Positions 38,603 through 46,669 of a stretch of DNA of 64,000 nt are shown one piece after another (position 1 is the first letter of the stretch; every line of letters starts with the position of its first letter). This DNA comes from Patescibacteria group bacterium (GTDB lineage: Bacteria; Patescibacteriota; Patescibacteriia; UBA1558; GWA2-36-10): NCBI GenBank assembly GCA_018819405.1, contig JAHJQF010000001.1, positions 371,277-435,276 on the forward strand, written 5' to 3'. A model generated the notes under the pieces. That model did no database searches, was not told where the DNA came from, and saw only the letters and a program-made list of their open reading frames with translations. The translations under genes and the position numbers were made by a program.

Positions 38603-39712
38603 ATGGAATTAGAAATCAAAAAATTAAATAAGCTTTTGGGGCAAGCAAATAATATCTTGATCAGCGGACCAAAAGATTCAAATTTGGATGTGTTAGGCGC
38701 GGCTTATGCCTGGCATATTTTTTTATCATCCAATAAAAAGAAAGTAGATATTGCTTTTGATGGTAAGATAGCTAAGTATAATTTTTTTCCAGAAAATATA
38801 AATATAGATAATAGTCTGGGGGAATTAAATAAATTTAAGATTATTTTGGATGTTTCCAAGACTCAAGTCAAGCAACTTAGCTATGATGTCAGGGGAGATA
38901 AGTTGGAAATTGATATAGTGCCACAAGACGGTTTATTCTCAGCTCAAGATGTTAGTACGGCTCGGGGGAATTATAAATATGATTTGGTTATTACCTTGGG
39001 GGCGGATAGTCTAGATGTTTTGGGTAATATATTTTCAGAAAACAGGGATTTATTTCACAGTCGTCCTATAGTCAATATAGATAATTCTGTTTTAAATGAA
39101 AATTATGGGGAGTTGGATATAGTAGAAGCTAGCGCCACTTCAGTATCTGAAATATCCTATAATATTTTAAAAAAATATTTAGATAAAGAAATGTCAACTT
39201 ATCTTTTGGCTGGCATGATATTTGCCACGTCCAGTTTTCAGTCGCCAAAAGTGACACCTTATACTTTAGAAATTGCCAGTAATCTGATAATAAAAGGGGC
39301 TCAACGAGAAAAAATAATAGACACTTTATATCGTACTAAAGATATAAGCACTCTCAAGAGTTGGGGTAAAGTGCTTTCTAGGATAAAAAAAACGGGGCCA
39401 CTTATTAGCTCATTTTTGCGTCACGAAGAAGCTGAATATTTACCAGAGAGCTTTGAAGAAATGATAAAAGATTTGATACTGTCTACGCCAGATGCTCAGG
39501 TAGCAATTATATTTTATCAGCTGGAGCTGCAGCGTACCGAAGTCTGGGTCTATGCCAGTAATAATATAAATGCTAGTGACTTGGTCAAAGATATCCAAGG
39601 TAAAGGTAATCGTCGCAGCGCTAAATTGGAAATAGATAAAGATATAGAGGCTGCCCAGGAATTTTTGTTGGATAAGATACAAAAGAAATTGGATATTATA
39701 AATAGTGCCTAG
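38603..39712 (+). CDS. DHH-family-like protein with degenerate catalytic motif (NIDNS in place of NIDHH), probably non-catalytic paralog
   Basis: Overall DHH/DHHA1 architecture (ILISGPKDSNLDVLGAAYA ... NIDNSVLNENYG) but the DHH His residues are substituted. Confidence 0.5.
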   Translation: MELEIKKLNKLLGQANNILISGPKDSNLDVLGAAYAWHIFLSSNKKKVDIAFDGKIAKYNFFPENINIDNSLGELNKFKIILDVSKTQVKQLSYDVRGDKLEIDIVPQDGLFSAQDVSTARGNYKYDLVITLGADSLDVLGNIFSENRDLFHSRPIVNIDNSVLNENYGELDIVEASATSVSEISYNILKKYLDKEMSTYLLAGMIFATSSFQSPKVTPYTLEIASNLIIKGAQREKIIDTLYRTKDISTLKSWGKVLSRIKKTGPLISSFLRHEEAEYLPESFEEMIKDLILSTPDAQVAIIFYQLELQRTEVWVYASNNINASDLVKDIQGKGNRRSAKLEIDKDIEAAQEFLLDKIQKKLDIINSA

Positions 39713-39763
39713 ACTTCACAAAAAGTCCGTCTTACTCTATAATATTTATGTTTATTTAATTTA

Positions 39764-39840
39764 TCGTCCTGTAGCTCAGCTGGTTAGAGCACCACTCTTA
39801 TAAAGTGGGGGTCCTGGGTTCAAGTCCCAGCAGGACGACC
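39764..39840 (+). tRNA. tRNA-Ile with anticodon UAU (reads AUA)
   Basis: Manual fold: acceptor cgtcctg/caggacg with one G-U, D-arm gctc/gagc, anticodon stem ccact/agtgg with loop cttataa (anticodon TAT), T-arm ctggg-ttcaagt-cccag, discriminator A, encoded CCA. Confidence 0.8.
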
Positions 39841-39898
39841 AGATTGACATTTTATCCACTATTTGCTATATTTCTATCGTTAAATTTATTATCAAGAT

Positions 39899-39988
39899 AT
39901 GGGAACAAAACTAAAGAATAAAAGATTATCTGTAAAAAGACGTCGCAGAAAGAAACTCAAGAGACGCAATAGATTTAAAAATAAATAA
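39899..39988 (+). CDS. 29-aa highly basic peptide (MGTKLKNKRLSVKRRRRKKLKRRNRFKNK), possibly a bS22-like small ribosomal protein
   Basis: Unlisted short ORF; composition and MG(T/S)...KRRR..KKL.RR.R pattern resemble small ribosomal protein bS22. No SD. Confidence 0.25.
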   Translation: MGTKLKNKRLSVKRRRRKKLKRRNRFKNK

Positions 39989-40167
39989 TTTTTACCTGTC
40001 TACGGTAGGTAGGTATTTATTCAATAAAGAACCGTTTTTGCCTAGCGCGATTATTGTGGCATTAGCGGTTTTTTGTTAGGTTTAAAAGATAAAAAATCGC
40101 GCCCCCTTTTTCCAACATAGGATTAAGGGGGCGTTAGTATAGGCTGACCGCCTATTGTGTTGTAGAC

Positions 40168-40461
40168 TCAGGCCACCTTGGCCAGAGTAGGGTAGGAGGA
40201 GATCCTAGCCAAACCAGGGTCTTCAAACTGGACAGCAAAGTAGGAATCGGACATCCCGACCAGCCGGCCTTGTCTGATACCAGAAAGCCAGTAGATCCAG
40301 CGTATATCACCACGCTTGACGACCACGAAAGTGCGGCGTCCTTTGTGGATGATGGCCTTGCGTCCGGTTAGGGAATTGGTCAAGGTCAGGTCTCGGTGTA
40401 GGATAGCCGTTACGCGAGGCAGTTCCGGTAGGAGTTCTTGGAGTTTTTCCAGAGTAGACAT
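40168..40461 (-). CDS. Small basic protein, candidate RelE/ParE-like toxin partner
   Basis: 97 aa from internal ATG 40461 (MSTLEKLQ...). Segment RRTFVVVKRGDIRWIYWLSGIRQ resembles RelE/ParE-fold toxins (weak). Confidence 0.35.
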   Translation of the reverse strand: MSTLEKLQELLPELPRVTAILHRDLTLTNSLTGRKAIIHKGRRTFVVVKRGDIRWIYWLSGIRQGRLVGMSDSYFAVQFEDPGLARISSYPTLAKVA

Positions 40462-40465
40462 GAGT

Positions 40466-40708
40466 TTAGCTCCCTTCAGGCAGGCGAAGCAGCCGATTGA
40501 AGATGCTGGGGTCTTCGACAAAGCTTCGAATTTCACCAATCTGGTCAAGGTCGTAGTTGAAGTAAAGGGTGTAGGAGCCAGCTGGCAAAATGATGATTTC
40601 TTGGACTTGTCCGGTTATAGGGTCGATGACTTCAACACTGGTGTTTGTGTCCAGGACAATGGTCTTGGGATCAGCGAGGATTGACTGAAATTTTTCGGCT
40701 TGAGTCAT
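40466..40708 (-). CDS. Small acidic protein, candidate antitoxin of a two-gene toxin-antitoxin-like module (GC-rich island)
   Basis: 80 aa, pI acidic. Stop separated by 4 nt from the downstream basic ORF; SD aagggag for the downstream gene lies in its 3' end. Confidence 0.35.
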   Translation of the reverse strand: MTQAEKFQSILADPKTIVLDTNTSVEVIDPITGQVQEIIILPAGSYTLYFNYDLDQIGEIRSFVEDPSIFNRLLRLPEGS

Positions 40709-40978
40709 GACATTTTCCTCCTAGTGAAAAGAACAGATTTGAGCATAAAAAAATATTCCTTTTCAGGAATATTTAATTCACTCTATATAAATATTTTTTT
40801 CTTTGACAAATTCAGAACTGAGAAAAAATAAAAGCCCTTTATCGGGGGTCATTTTCTGATGATGGGCATATCTTTTTTTCATCTTTATAATTATAGCAAA
40901 AATAAATATTTGGTCAACTAGTCTTAAAATAAAGGGAAAATTGAAGCCCCCACCAAGATGTCTGTCTATAGTGGGGGC

Positions 40979-41176
40979 TCAAGCTTGGCCGGGGCTTAGT
41001 GATCCGTTTTGGATCAATTGGAGGTGCTGTCTCAGTGCTTGTTCAACTTCTTGGGCCGTTTCTTTCCGGCAGTAGAGGCGAGCTACATCAATCGCCGCAT
41101 GTAGGGTTTTTTCATCGGGTAGGGAGTAAAAGTTTTGGATAGCCATGGCCATGAGTTTGGCGCCGTCTTCTTGCAT
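40979..41176 (-). CDS. 65-aa hypothetical protein with canonical SD and sigma70-like promoter
   Basis: SD ggaggtga 4 nt upstream of ATG. Promoter TTGACA (41266..41261) -17 nt- TATAAA (41243..41238) on minus strand. Confidence 0.4.
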   Translation of the reverse strand: MQEDGAKLMAMAIQNFYSLPDEKTLHAAIDVARLYCRKETAQEVEQALRQHLQLIQNGSLSPGQA

Positions 41177-41306
41177 GGTTTCACCTCCTTGAGGTTTCGA
41201 GTTAAGGACAGGGCGGAGAAAAATAGAGTAATATTTATTTATAATATTAATATTGGTATTTGTCAAGAAAAGGAAGGCCGCCCGACTAGAAGCCGGGCGG
41301 CTATGT

Positions 41307-41657
41307 TTAGGAAGCATTGACAGCCTCTTCGGCATCATTGTCTTCCGATACGTCCTCGGTAGGTGTGAGTTGTGGCAGCAACTCCAGGACCTTGAGAGGC
41401 ACGATGGAAACCCTGAGACCAGGGTAGTCTTTTTGGGTGGAGGCCCAAATCCAGCTGGTTATAGATTGGCCGACCATGCGACCTTGGTCAAGCTCTTTCT
41501 TGATGACCAAGAGGTCATGAGGAAAGATAGTAGGATCTCCTGGATTGGCTATCCTGACCAACTTGTAAGTACCAGCGGCGTAGACTATTGGTTTCCCCTG
41601 GATAAGAGGGCTTGGGAACAGGGTATCCTCCTCTGTGGAAAAGTCTATGAGGTTCAT
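41307..41657 (-). CDS. 116-aa hypothetical protein (strand choice uncertain in GC-rich DNA)
   Basis: Co-oriented with all other island genes and protein-like composition. The overlapping plus-strand ORF 41253..41687 is the alternative. Confidence 0.3.
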   Translation of the reverse strand: MNLIDFSTEEDTLFPSPLIQGKPIVYAAGTYKLVRIANPGDPTIFPHDLLVIKKELDQGRMVGQSITSWIWASTQKDYPGLRVSIVPLKVLELLPQLTPTEDVSEDNDAEEAVNAS

Positions 41658-41965
41658 CGGGTGATGAGCAACGAGGGTGAAGATTAAGTGCTTTGCGACG
41701 TTGCCTCCGTGCTAGAGAAGTGAGTGAGGTGCGAGTGGCGGGGGGATATATTTTTATTATACACAAAAAATAGGATAAGGGAAATTTTTATAATTTTTAT
41801 AAAAAGAAAGCCGCCCTGGAACGTTTGGCGTTCCAGGGCGGAGGGAAAAACAAGGTCAGCTAGCTTGTACGTATCTAGGACTTGTTTTCGAATTGGCTGG
41901 GGTTGAAATCAACAACCACTATCAGTCGTTGGGGGAGATGGCAGATTTAGTATAATAGTTCCTTT

Positions 41966-42592
41966 CTAGACAGGGTAATTACCTCTGAGTCGGAGCCACT
42001 CTTCACGACCTTTGGGGCGTATAGCTTCGGAGCCGGCCAGACACAAGGGACAGTCCTGAGGTTGCCAGGTGTCAATCTGGGGAGCGATCAAGCTGATGAT
42101 CTTACGACCATCCAGATCAGATAATCCCGATCGGTTGACCAGCGCTAGAATGGTATGGCTCACAATCCCGCCTGCTTCGCTTATACCGGCGATGCTCTGG
42201 CGGGTGGTTTTGCCAGTAGTCATGACATCTTCAACCATTAGTACCCTGGTGCCAGGCTTCAGTGGAAAGCGTTTGAGCAACATCTGGTTGTCAACCTTTT
42301 CGGTGAAGCCGGCTTCCTTCTCCATACTCAGAGCCAGTTGGTAGGCCAGAGTGACGCCGCCCATGGCTGAACCAATAACCATATCATATGGACAATTGTG
42401 TAGCCAGTTGGCCTGATTGGCCAGGTGCCAGCAAGCCTTTTCCAGTAGAGCAGGGTTGCGGATAATTAGGCTACAGTTGACAAAGCCGTTGGAGTGCAGT
42501 CCACTGGTCAAAAGAGCGTGGGGACGCTGAGGATTGTTGTCGTGGAGCCACAGGGCACCGGTTTGTTTGAAGACTTCCAGCCACATGAACAT
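41966..42592 (-). CDS. Orotate phosphoribosyltransferase-like PRTase (PyrE family), in GC-rich island
   Basis: PRPP loop VLMVEDVMTTGKTTRQSIAGISEAGG and DMVIGSAMGGVTLAYQLA segment are collinear with PyrE. Confidence 0.6.
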   Translation of the reverse strand: MFMWLEVFKQTGALWLHDNNPQRPHALLTSGLHSNGFVNCSLIIRNPALLEKACWHLANQANWLHNCPYDMVIGSAMGGVTLAYQLALSMEKEAGFTEKVDNQMLLKRFPLKPGTRVLMVEDVMTTGKTTRQSIAGISEAGGIVSHTILALVNRSGLSDLDGRKIISLIAPQIDTWQPQDCPLCLAGSEAIRPKGREEWLRLRGNYPV

Positions 42593-42679
42593 GATTTAGC
42601 CTTTCTGTTGGGAGTGAACTATTTTTGACAAGCTAGCGCCTTGTCTGTTTTTCGGACTAATTTTTCTATATTTAATGAT

Positions 42680-42730
42680 TTTTGTCAATTGATAAAGCTT
42701 TTTTAATTTTGAGAAATAAGGTAAAATATA
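42680..42730 (+). repeat. 51-nt direct repeat copy 1 (promoter-like: ttgtca ... taaaatata)
   Basis: Identical to 42832..42882 except one base (g/c). Confidence 0.8.
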
Positions 42731-42733
42731 GAT

Positions 42734-42823
42734 ATGAATTTAAGAAAATTTTATTTAGGTAGAGCTATAGGATTTGTAGTAGTTTTGGTGCTAGCTTTTA
42801 TTTGGTGGTTATTTTTTAAATAA
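42734..42823 (+). CDS. 29-aa hydrophobic single-TM peptide (MNLRKFYLGRAIGFVVVLVLAFIWWLFFK) between the two repeat copies, upstream of mgtE
   Basis: Unlisted short ORF beginning 3 nt after repeat copy 1 and ending 9 nt before copy 2. Confidence 0.3.
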   Translation: MNLRKFYLGRAIGFVVVLVLAFIWWLFFK

Positions 42824-42831
42824 TAATATTA

Positions 42832-42882
42832 TTTTGTCAATTGATAAAGCTTTTTTAATTTTGAGAAATAAGCTAAAATATA
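42832..42882 (+). repeat. 51-nt direct repeat copy 2, immediately upstream of mgtE
   Basis: See copy 1. Confidence 0.8.
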
Positions 42883-42904
42883 AGTATAGCATTTTAAAAT
42901 AAAA

Positions 42905-43897
42905 ATGGATAAAAATCTAAGCACTAATTTTCCAAAACATTCAGCCGGAGACATTATGACAGTCTCGGTGCCAATAGTCAGTCCGGAAAATACTATCCGA
43001 ACCGTAGAAGAATATCTTCTCAAAGATGTCAGGAAGTTGGAATCCATAAACTATGTTTATGTCCTTTCCAAAACAGGTTTATTAAAAGGTGTAATGTCGG
43101 TCAAAGAGATTTTTCGTCAGCCAAAAAACAAAATCGTATCGGAGGTAATGGTCAAAAATTTAGTGACGGCTCATCCCTATACAGATAGAGAAAGAGTGGC
43201 ATTTATATCTTTGAAAAATAATATCAAAGCTGTGCCAGTTGTTGATAAGGATAATAAATTTTTGGGTGCGGTTTTGAGTGATACTATATTAGATGCTATT
43301 TATCAGGAGTCTCAAGAAGACATTTTGCACTTAGCTGGTGTGGAACAGTACACCAAATTCAACATTGATAACATCAGCTCTTTGTCCATGCTTGTATCTT
43401 TGAAACATCGTTTACCATGGCTGATCATTGGTTTGTTGGGTGGTATATTGGCCGCTCAAATAATAGGTCTTTTTGAACACACGCTGTCTGAAAATATTAT
43501 TTTAGCTTCTTTTATACCATTGGTAGTTTATATGGCCAGCGCGGTTGGTACTCAAGTGGGCTTTTTTATTATTCGTGATTTAGCTATCAACCCAAAACTT
43601 AATTTTTTTATTTATACCATAAAACAGTTTAGGGTAATATTTTTTATAGGTGTAGTGGTCAGTATTTTAATATTTATAGTTACTTTGGTTTTTTATAGTA
43701 ATATCTCGGTAGCTTTTGTCTTGGCTTTGGCTATGTTTTTGGCAATTTTGTCTTCTATTATTACGGGCTTATTTATTCCTTATGCATTTTCCAGATTACG
43801 TTTTGATCCCGCTAATGCTAGTGGCCCGATTGCAACGATTATTCAGGATCTAACAAGTGTGACAATATATCTCTTGGTGGCTAAATGGCTTTTATAA
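42905..43897 (+). CDS. mgtE: Magnesium transporter MgtE (CBS pair + MgtE TM domain; short N-domain)
   Basis: Two CBS motifs, then TM domain with PWLIIGLLGG and DPANASGPIATIIQD signatures. Confidence 0.8.
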   Translation: MDKNLSTNFPKHSAGDIMTVSVPIVSPENTIRTVEEYLLKDVRKLESINYVYVLSKTGLLKGVMSVKEIFRQPKNKIVSEVMVKNLVTAHPYTDRERVAFISLKNNIKAVPVVDKDNKFLGAVLSDTILDAIYQESQEDILHLAGVEQYTKFNIDNISSLSMLVSLKHRLPWLIIGLLGGILAAQIIGLFEHTLSENIILASFIPLVVYMASAVGTQVGFFIIRDLAINPKLNFFIYTIKQFRVIFFIGVVVSILIFIVTLVFYSNISVAFVLALAMFLAILSSIITGLFIPYAFSRLRFDPANASGPIATIIQDLTSVTIYLLVAKWLL

Positions 43898-43911
43898 ATA
43901 ATTTTAATAAT

Positions 43912-44394
43912 ATGAAAAAATCACAAAATATTAACAAATTATTTATTGCAATTGTATTGTGTTTGTCAGTTGGTTTTTTGGGTTCAATTTTTACTACACC
44001 GGCTATAGACACCTGGTATAATACTTTGCAAAAACCGGATTTTAATCCGCCTAGTTGGATTTTTGGACCGGTTTGGACAACGCTTTATATACTGATGGGA
44101 ATTGCTTTATTTTTTGTCTGGCAAAAAGGGCTTAAAAAAAGAAATGTGCGTTTTGCTTTTTGGCTGTTTATAATGCATTTGGTTTTTAATCTTTTTTGGT
44201 CAATTTTATTTTTTGGATTAAAAAATATAGGTCTAGCTATGATAGATATTTTAGTTTTATGGCTTATGATTATAGCTTTGATTTATAGTTTTTGTGAGAT
44301 AGACAAAAAAGCGGCTTGGTTACTAGTGCCATACTTTTTTTGGGTTAGTTTTGCCGGTGCCTTAAATTATGCAATTTGGCTTTTAAATAAATGA
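43912..44394 (+). CDS. tspO: TspO/MBR family tryptophan-rich sensory protein
   Basis: WYNTLQKPDFNPPSWIFGPVWTTLYILMG...VPYFFWVSFAGALN; 5 TM helices. Start at the internal Met. Confidence 0.8.
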   Translation: MKKSQNINKLFIAIVLCLSVGFLGSIFTTPAIDTWYNTLQKPDFNPPSWIFGPVWTTLYILMGIALFFVWQKGLKKRNVRFAFWLFIMHLVFNLFWSILFFGLKNIGLAMIDILVLWLMIIALIYSFCEIDKKAAWLLVPYFFWVSFAGALNYAIWLLNK

Positions 44395-44577
44395 TGAAAT
44401 ATTTTAGCTAATCAAGACAGGTTTCTTTTTGATATAGTGCTATTATTTGTGGCCATAGTATTAATCTTGGGTGGAGCGGCATTCCTAATCAAAAAATATA
44501 AAAACTAGAAAGTATAAAAAAGCGCTTGTTAAAAAGCGTTTTTTTGTTTTTCTTGTCCATTGTACCATCATAGTACA

Positions 44578-44667
44578 TGGCGGTGGGGGTGGGATTTGAA
44601 CCCACGAGCCGCTTTCACGACTACCGGTTTTCGAGACCAGCGCTTTCAACCACTCAGCCACCCCACC
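44578..44667 (-). tRNA. tRNA-Ser (anticodon CGA), long variable arm
   Basis: rc sequence ggtggggtggctgagtggttgaaagcgctggtctcgaaaaccggtagtcgtgaaagcggctcgtgggttcaaatcccaccccaccgcca; anticodon loop ctCGAaa. Confidence 0.85.
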
Positions 44668-44679
44668 ATTTTATATAAA

Positions 44680-45708
44680 TTATCCAATCTTTTTATTATC
44701 CATATCTTTTAGTGTATTTAAAAATCTCTTGCTATATTTTGGCAAAGTGATAGAGACTCTCATCATATCTTCTCCTAAAAACATCGCTACTTTAAAATTT
44801 TGTTTGGCCACAATGTTTTTTAATTTGTTCAATATTTTTTTGTTTACTTTGATCAATATAAAGTTGGTGCAACTTTTATAGGCTATAAAATTTTTTAGTT
44901 TGTTTATTTCTTCTGTCAGATTGTCACGATCTTTAATTATTTTTTTGGCAATATTTCCGTAATAATTAGTTGAGTCTAAGGCAGCGATAGCAATATTTTC
45001 CAGAATTTGGCTGAAATTTAAATAATATGCTTGATAATTTATAATTTTTAAAGCCTGTTTTCCAGCCAGAGCATAGCCAATGCGCAGTCCTGCTAAACCA
45101 TAAAATTTGGAAAAAGTTCTGACCAGCATTAGGTGAGGGTATTTTTTGGTAAGGTTAATATATTTTTTATCTTGATAGTTTGGGTCAAAACCAAAGTATG
45201 CTTCGTCCAGTATTACTAGAGTATTTTTTGATACAGTATTTAAAACTTTTTTTAAATCAGCAAAATTTAGTACATTGCCGGTTGGGTTGTTTGGTGAAGT
45301 GAGTAAGACTATACTTGGTTTATATTTTTTATATTTTTTTATCAAATCATCTATATCAAAATAAAAACTATTTTTATCAGACACCATTTTGGATTCATAC
45401 ATTTTTATTTTTAGGTGTTTGAGATAGCTAGAAAAATAAGCAAAGTGGTATTGGTTGACTAAGATGGAATCTTTTTTTCTATCAAGTGATCTAAAAAGTC
45501 CTCTAAAGAAATCTTCCAAGCCATAAAATATCAAAATTTGCTGGCTAGGAAAATTGAATTTTTTGGATATTTTTTCAGCCAAAGGAGAATGATAATAGCC
45601 ACCTATATATCGGGATATTTTTTGTTGGGGGAAATTTTTGATAGCTTTTTTTACTTTGTCTGATGGTGGGTAAAAAAGCTCATTGCGATTTATGATGTAT
45701 TGTTTCAT
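44680..45708 (-). CDS. Class I/II PLP-dependent aminotransferase (HisC/CobD-like)
   Basis: SPNNPTGNVL, ILDEAYFGF, FSKFYGLAGLRIGY (Schiff-base Lys). Start trimmed to the Met at 45708 because the longer ORF overlaps the tRNA-operon 3' hairpin. Confidence 0.6.
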   Translation of the reverse strand: MKQYIINRNELFYPPSDKVKKAIKNFPQQKISRYIGGYYHSPLAEKISKKFNFPSQQILIFYGLEDFFRGLFRSLDRKKDSILVNQYHFAYFSSYLKHLKIKMYESKMVSDKNSFYFDIDDLIKKYKKYKPSIVLLTSPNNPTGNVLNFADLKKVLNTVSKNTLVILDEAYFGFDPNYQDKKYINLTKKYPHLMLVRTFSKFYGLAGLRIGYALAGKQALKIINYQAYYLNFSQILENIAIAALDSTNYYGNIAKKIIKDRDNLTEEINKLKNFIAYKSCTNFILIKVNKKILNKLKNIVAKQNFKVAMFLGEDMMRVSITLPKYSKRFLNTLKDMDNKKIG

Positions 45709-45735
45709 GGTTTTATAATAATTGCCTTTCGACTC

Positions 45736-45845
45736 GCTTCGCTCGCTCAAGACACTCGATTCTACAAATCTAGAATGGTCGTAGGTGTTTTTAAACACCG
45801 AAAAACACGAGTGAGGCTTTTGCGAAGCAAATGGCGAATCGAGTG
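45736..45845 (-). terminator. Large imperfect inverted repeat immediately 3' of the tRNA operon (probable operon terminator/processing hairpin)
   Basis: Arms cactcgattc (45753-62) / gaatcgagtg (45836-45) plus gcttcgc/gcgaagc extension; inner palindrome ggtgtttttaaacacc (45784-99). Confidence 0.4.
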
Positions 45846-45920
45846 GTGGACCGTGCCGGAATTGAACCGGCGGCCTCTACAATGCGAATGTAGCGCTCTA
45901 GCCATCTGAGCTAACGGCCC
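45844..45920 (-). tRNA. tRNA-Ala (anticodon CGC), G3-U70 identity pair present
   Basis: rc gggccgttagctcagatggctagagcgctacattCGCattgtagaggccgccggttcaattccggcacggtccacca. Confidence 0.85.
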
Positions 45921-45944
45921 GCGTTGCTAGGAAGTGGTTATACG

Positions 45945-46021
45945 TGGTCGGAGTGGTGGGACTTGAACCCACGACCTCATCGTCCCGAACGATGCGCGCT
46001 AGCCAACTGCGCCACACCCCG
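45945..46021 (-). tRNA. tRNA-Pro (anticodon CGG)
   Basis: rc cggggtgtggcgcagttggctagcgcgcatcgttCGGgacgatgaggtcgtgggttcaagtcccaccactccgacca. Confidence 0.85.
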
Positions 46022-46123
46022 TGAACTACTCGTCGTTTGACGACTCGAGTTCACGGCAGGCCTCTTAATTATCTAAGTAGATGGGGCTTGCCATAAACCG
46101 GAGCGCCAAGCGCGACTGGTTTA

Positions 46124-46210
46124 TGGTACCGAAGAGAGGACTTGAACCTCCACGTCCTATTGGACACATGGCTCTGAACCATGCGCGTCTACCAATTCCG
46201 CCACTTCGGC
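46124..46210 (-). tRNA. tRNA-Leu (anticodon CAG), long variable arm
   Basis: rc gccgaagtggcggaattggtagacgcgcatggttCAGagccatgtgtccaataggacgtggaggttcaagtcctctcttcggtacca. Confidence 0.85.
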
Positions 46211-46669
46211 ATACAAATAAACCTTGTTTTTTGATAATGCTATATTGATGCCCCAATAGATTTGCCAATTCTCGTAGTCCCGCAAAGCGGGGCGCCACTT
46301 CGGCCTGTTATTATTATAGCAGTGATTCATTATATAGATAAATATGTAAGAAGTCAAAACTATAATAATCCTTTTCATATTTGTCAAAATATTGTGTAAT
46401 AGTTATATAAAAACAAGATAAAATTAAATAAAAACTTATGAAAAAATACATTATGATGTTTATAACTATAAGCATTTAGGCTACGCTACGTGTGGCTGTG
46501 TTTTTGATAGTTGTAATCTAGTCCCAAAAAGGGTAAAATAATAGTATAATTTTATTATAAATAATAAAAAATAAATTTATGAAACCGCCAGTATTTTTTT
46601 GGGTAATTATTGCTTTTCTAATCATTGCTCTTATTTTTGCCGCTATATTAAAATTTAATCAATAAAAAT

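Noticed and set aside
41253-41687. Plus-strand 144-aa ORF in GC-rich island
   Set aside because: Overlaps a minus-strand ORF that is co-oriented with all other island genes. High GC makes both frames open; the minus strand is preferred but neither is certain.
42680-42882. Possible CRISPR array
   Set aside because: Only two copies of the 51-nt repeat, with a coding spacer. No cas genes and no further regularly spaced repeats anywhere in the window.
45700-46387. ORFs 45700..45909+, 46065..46298- and 46157..46387-
   Set aside because: They overlap the tRNA-Ala/Pro/Leu genes and their GC-rich flanking hairpins; they are artefacts of tRNA sequence being stop-poor.
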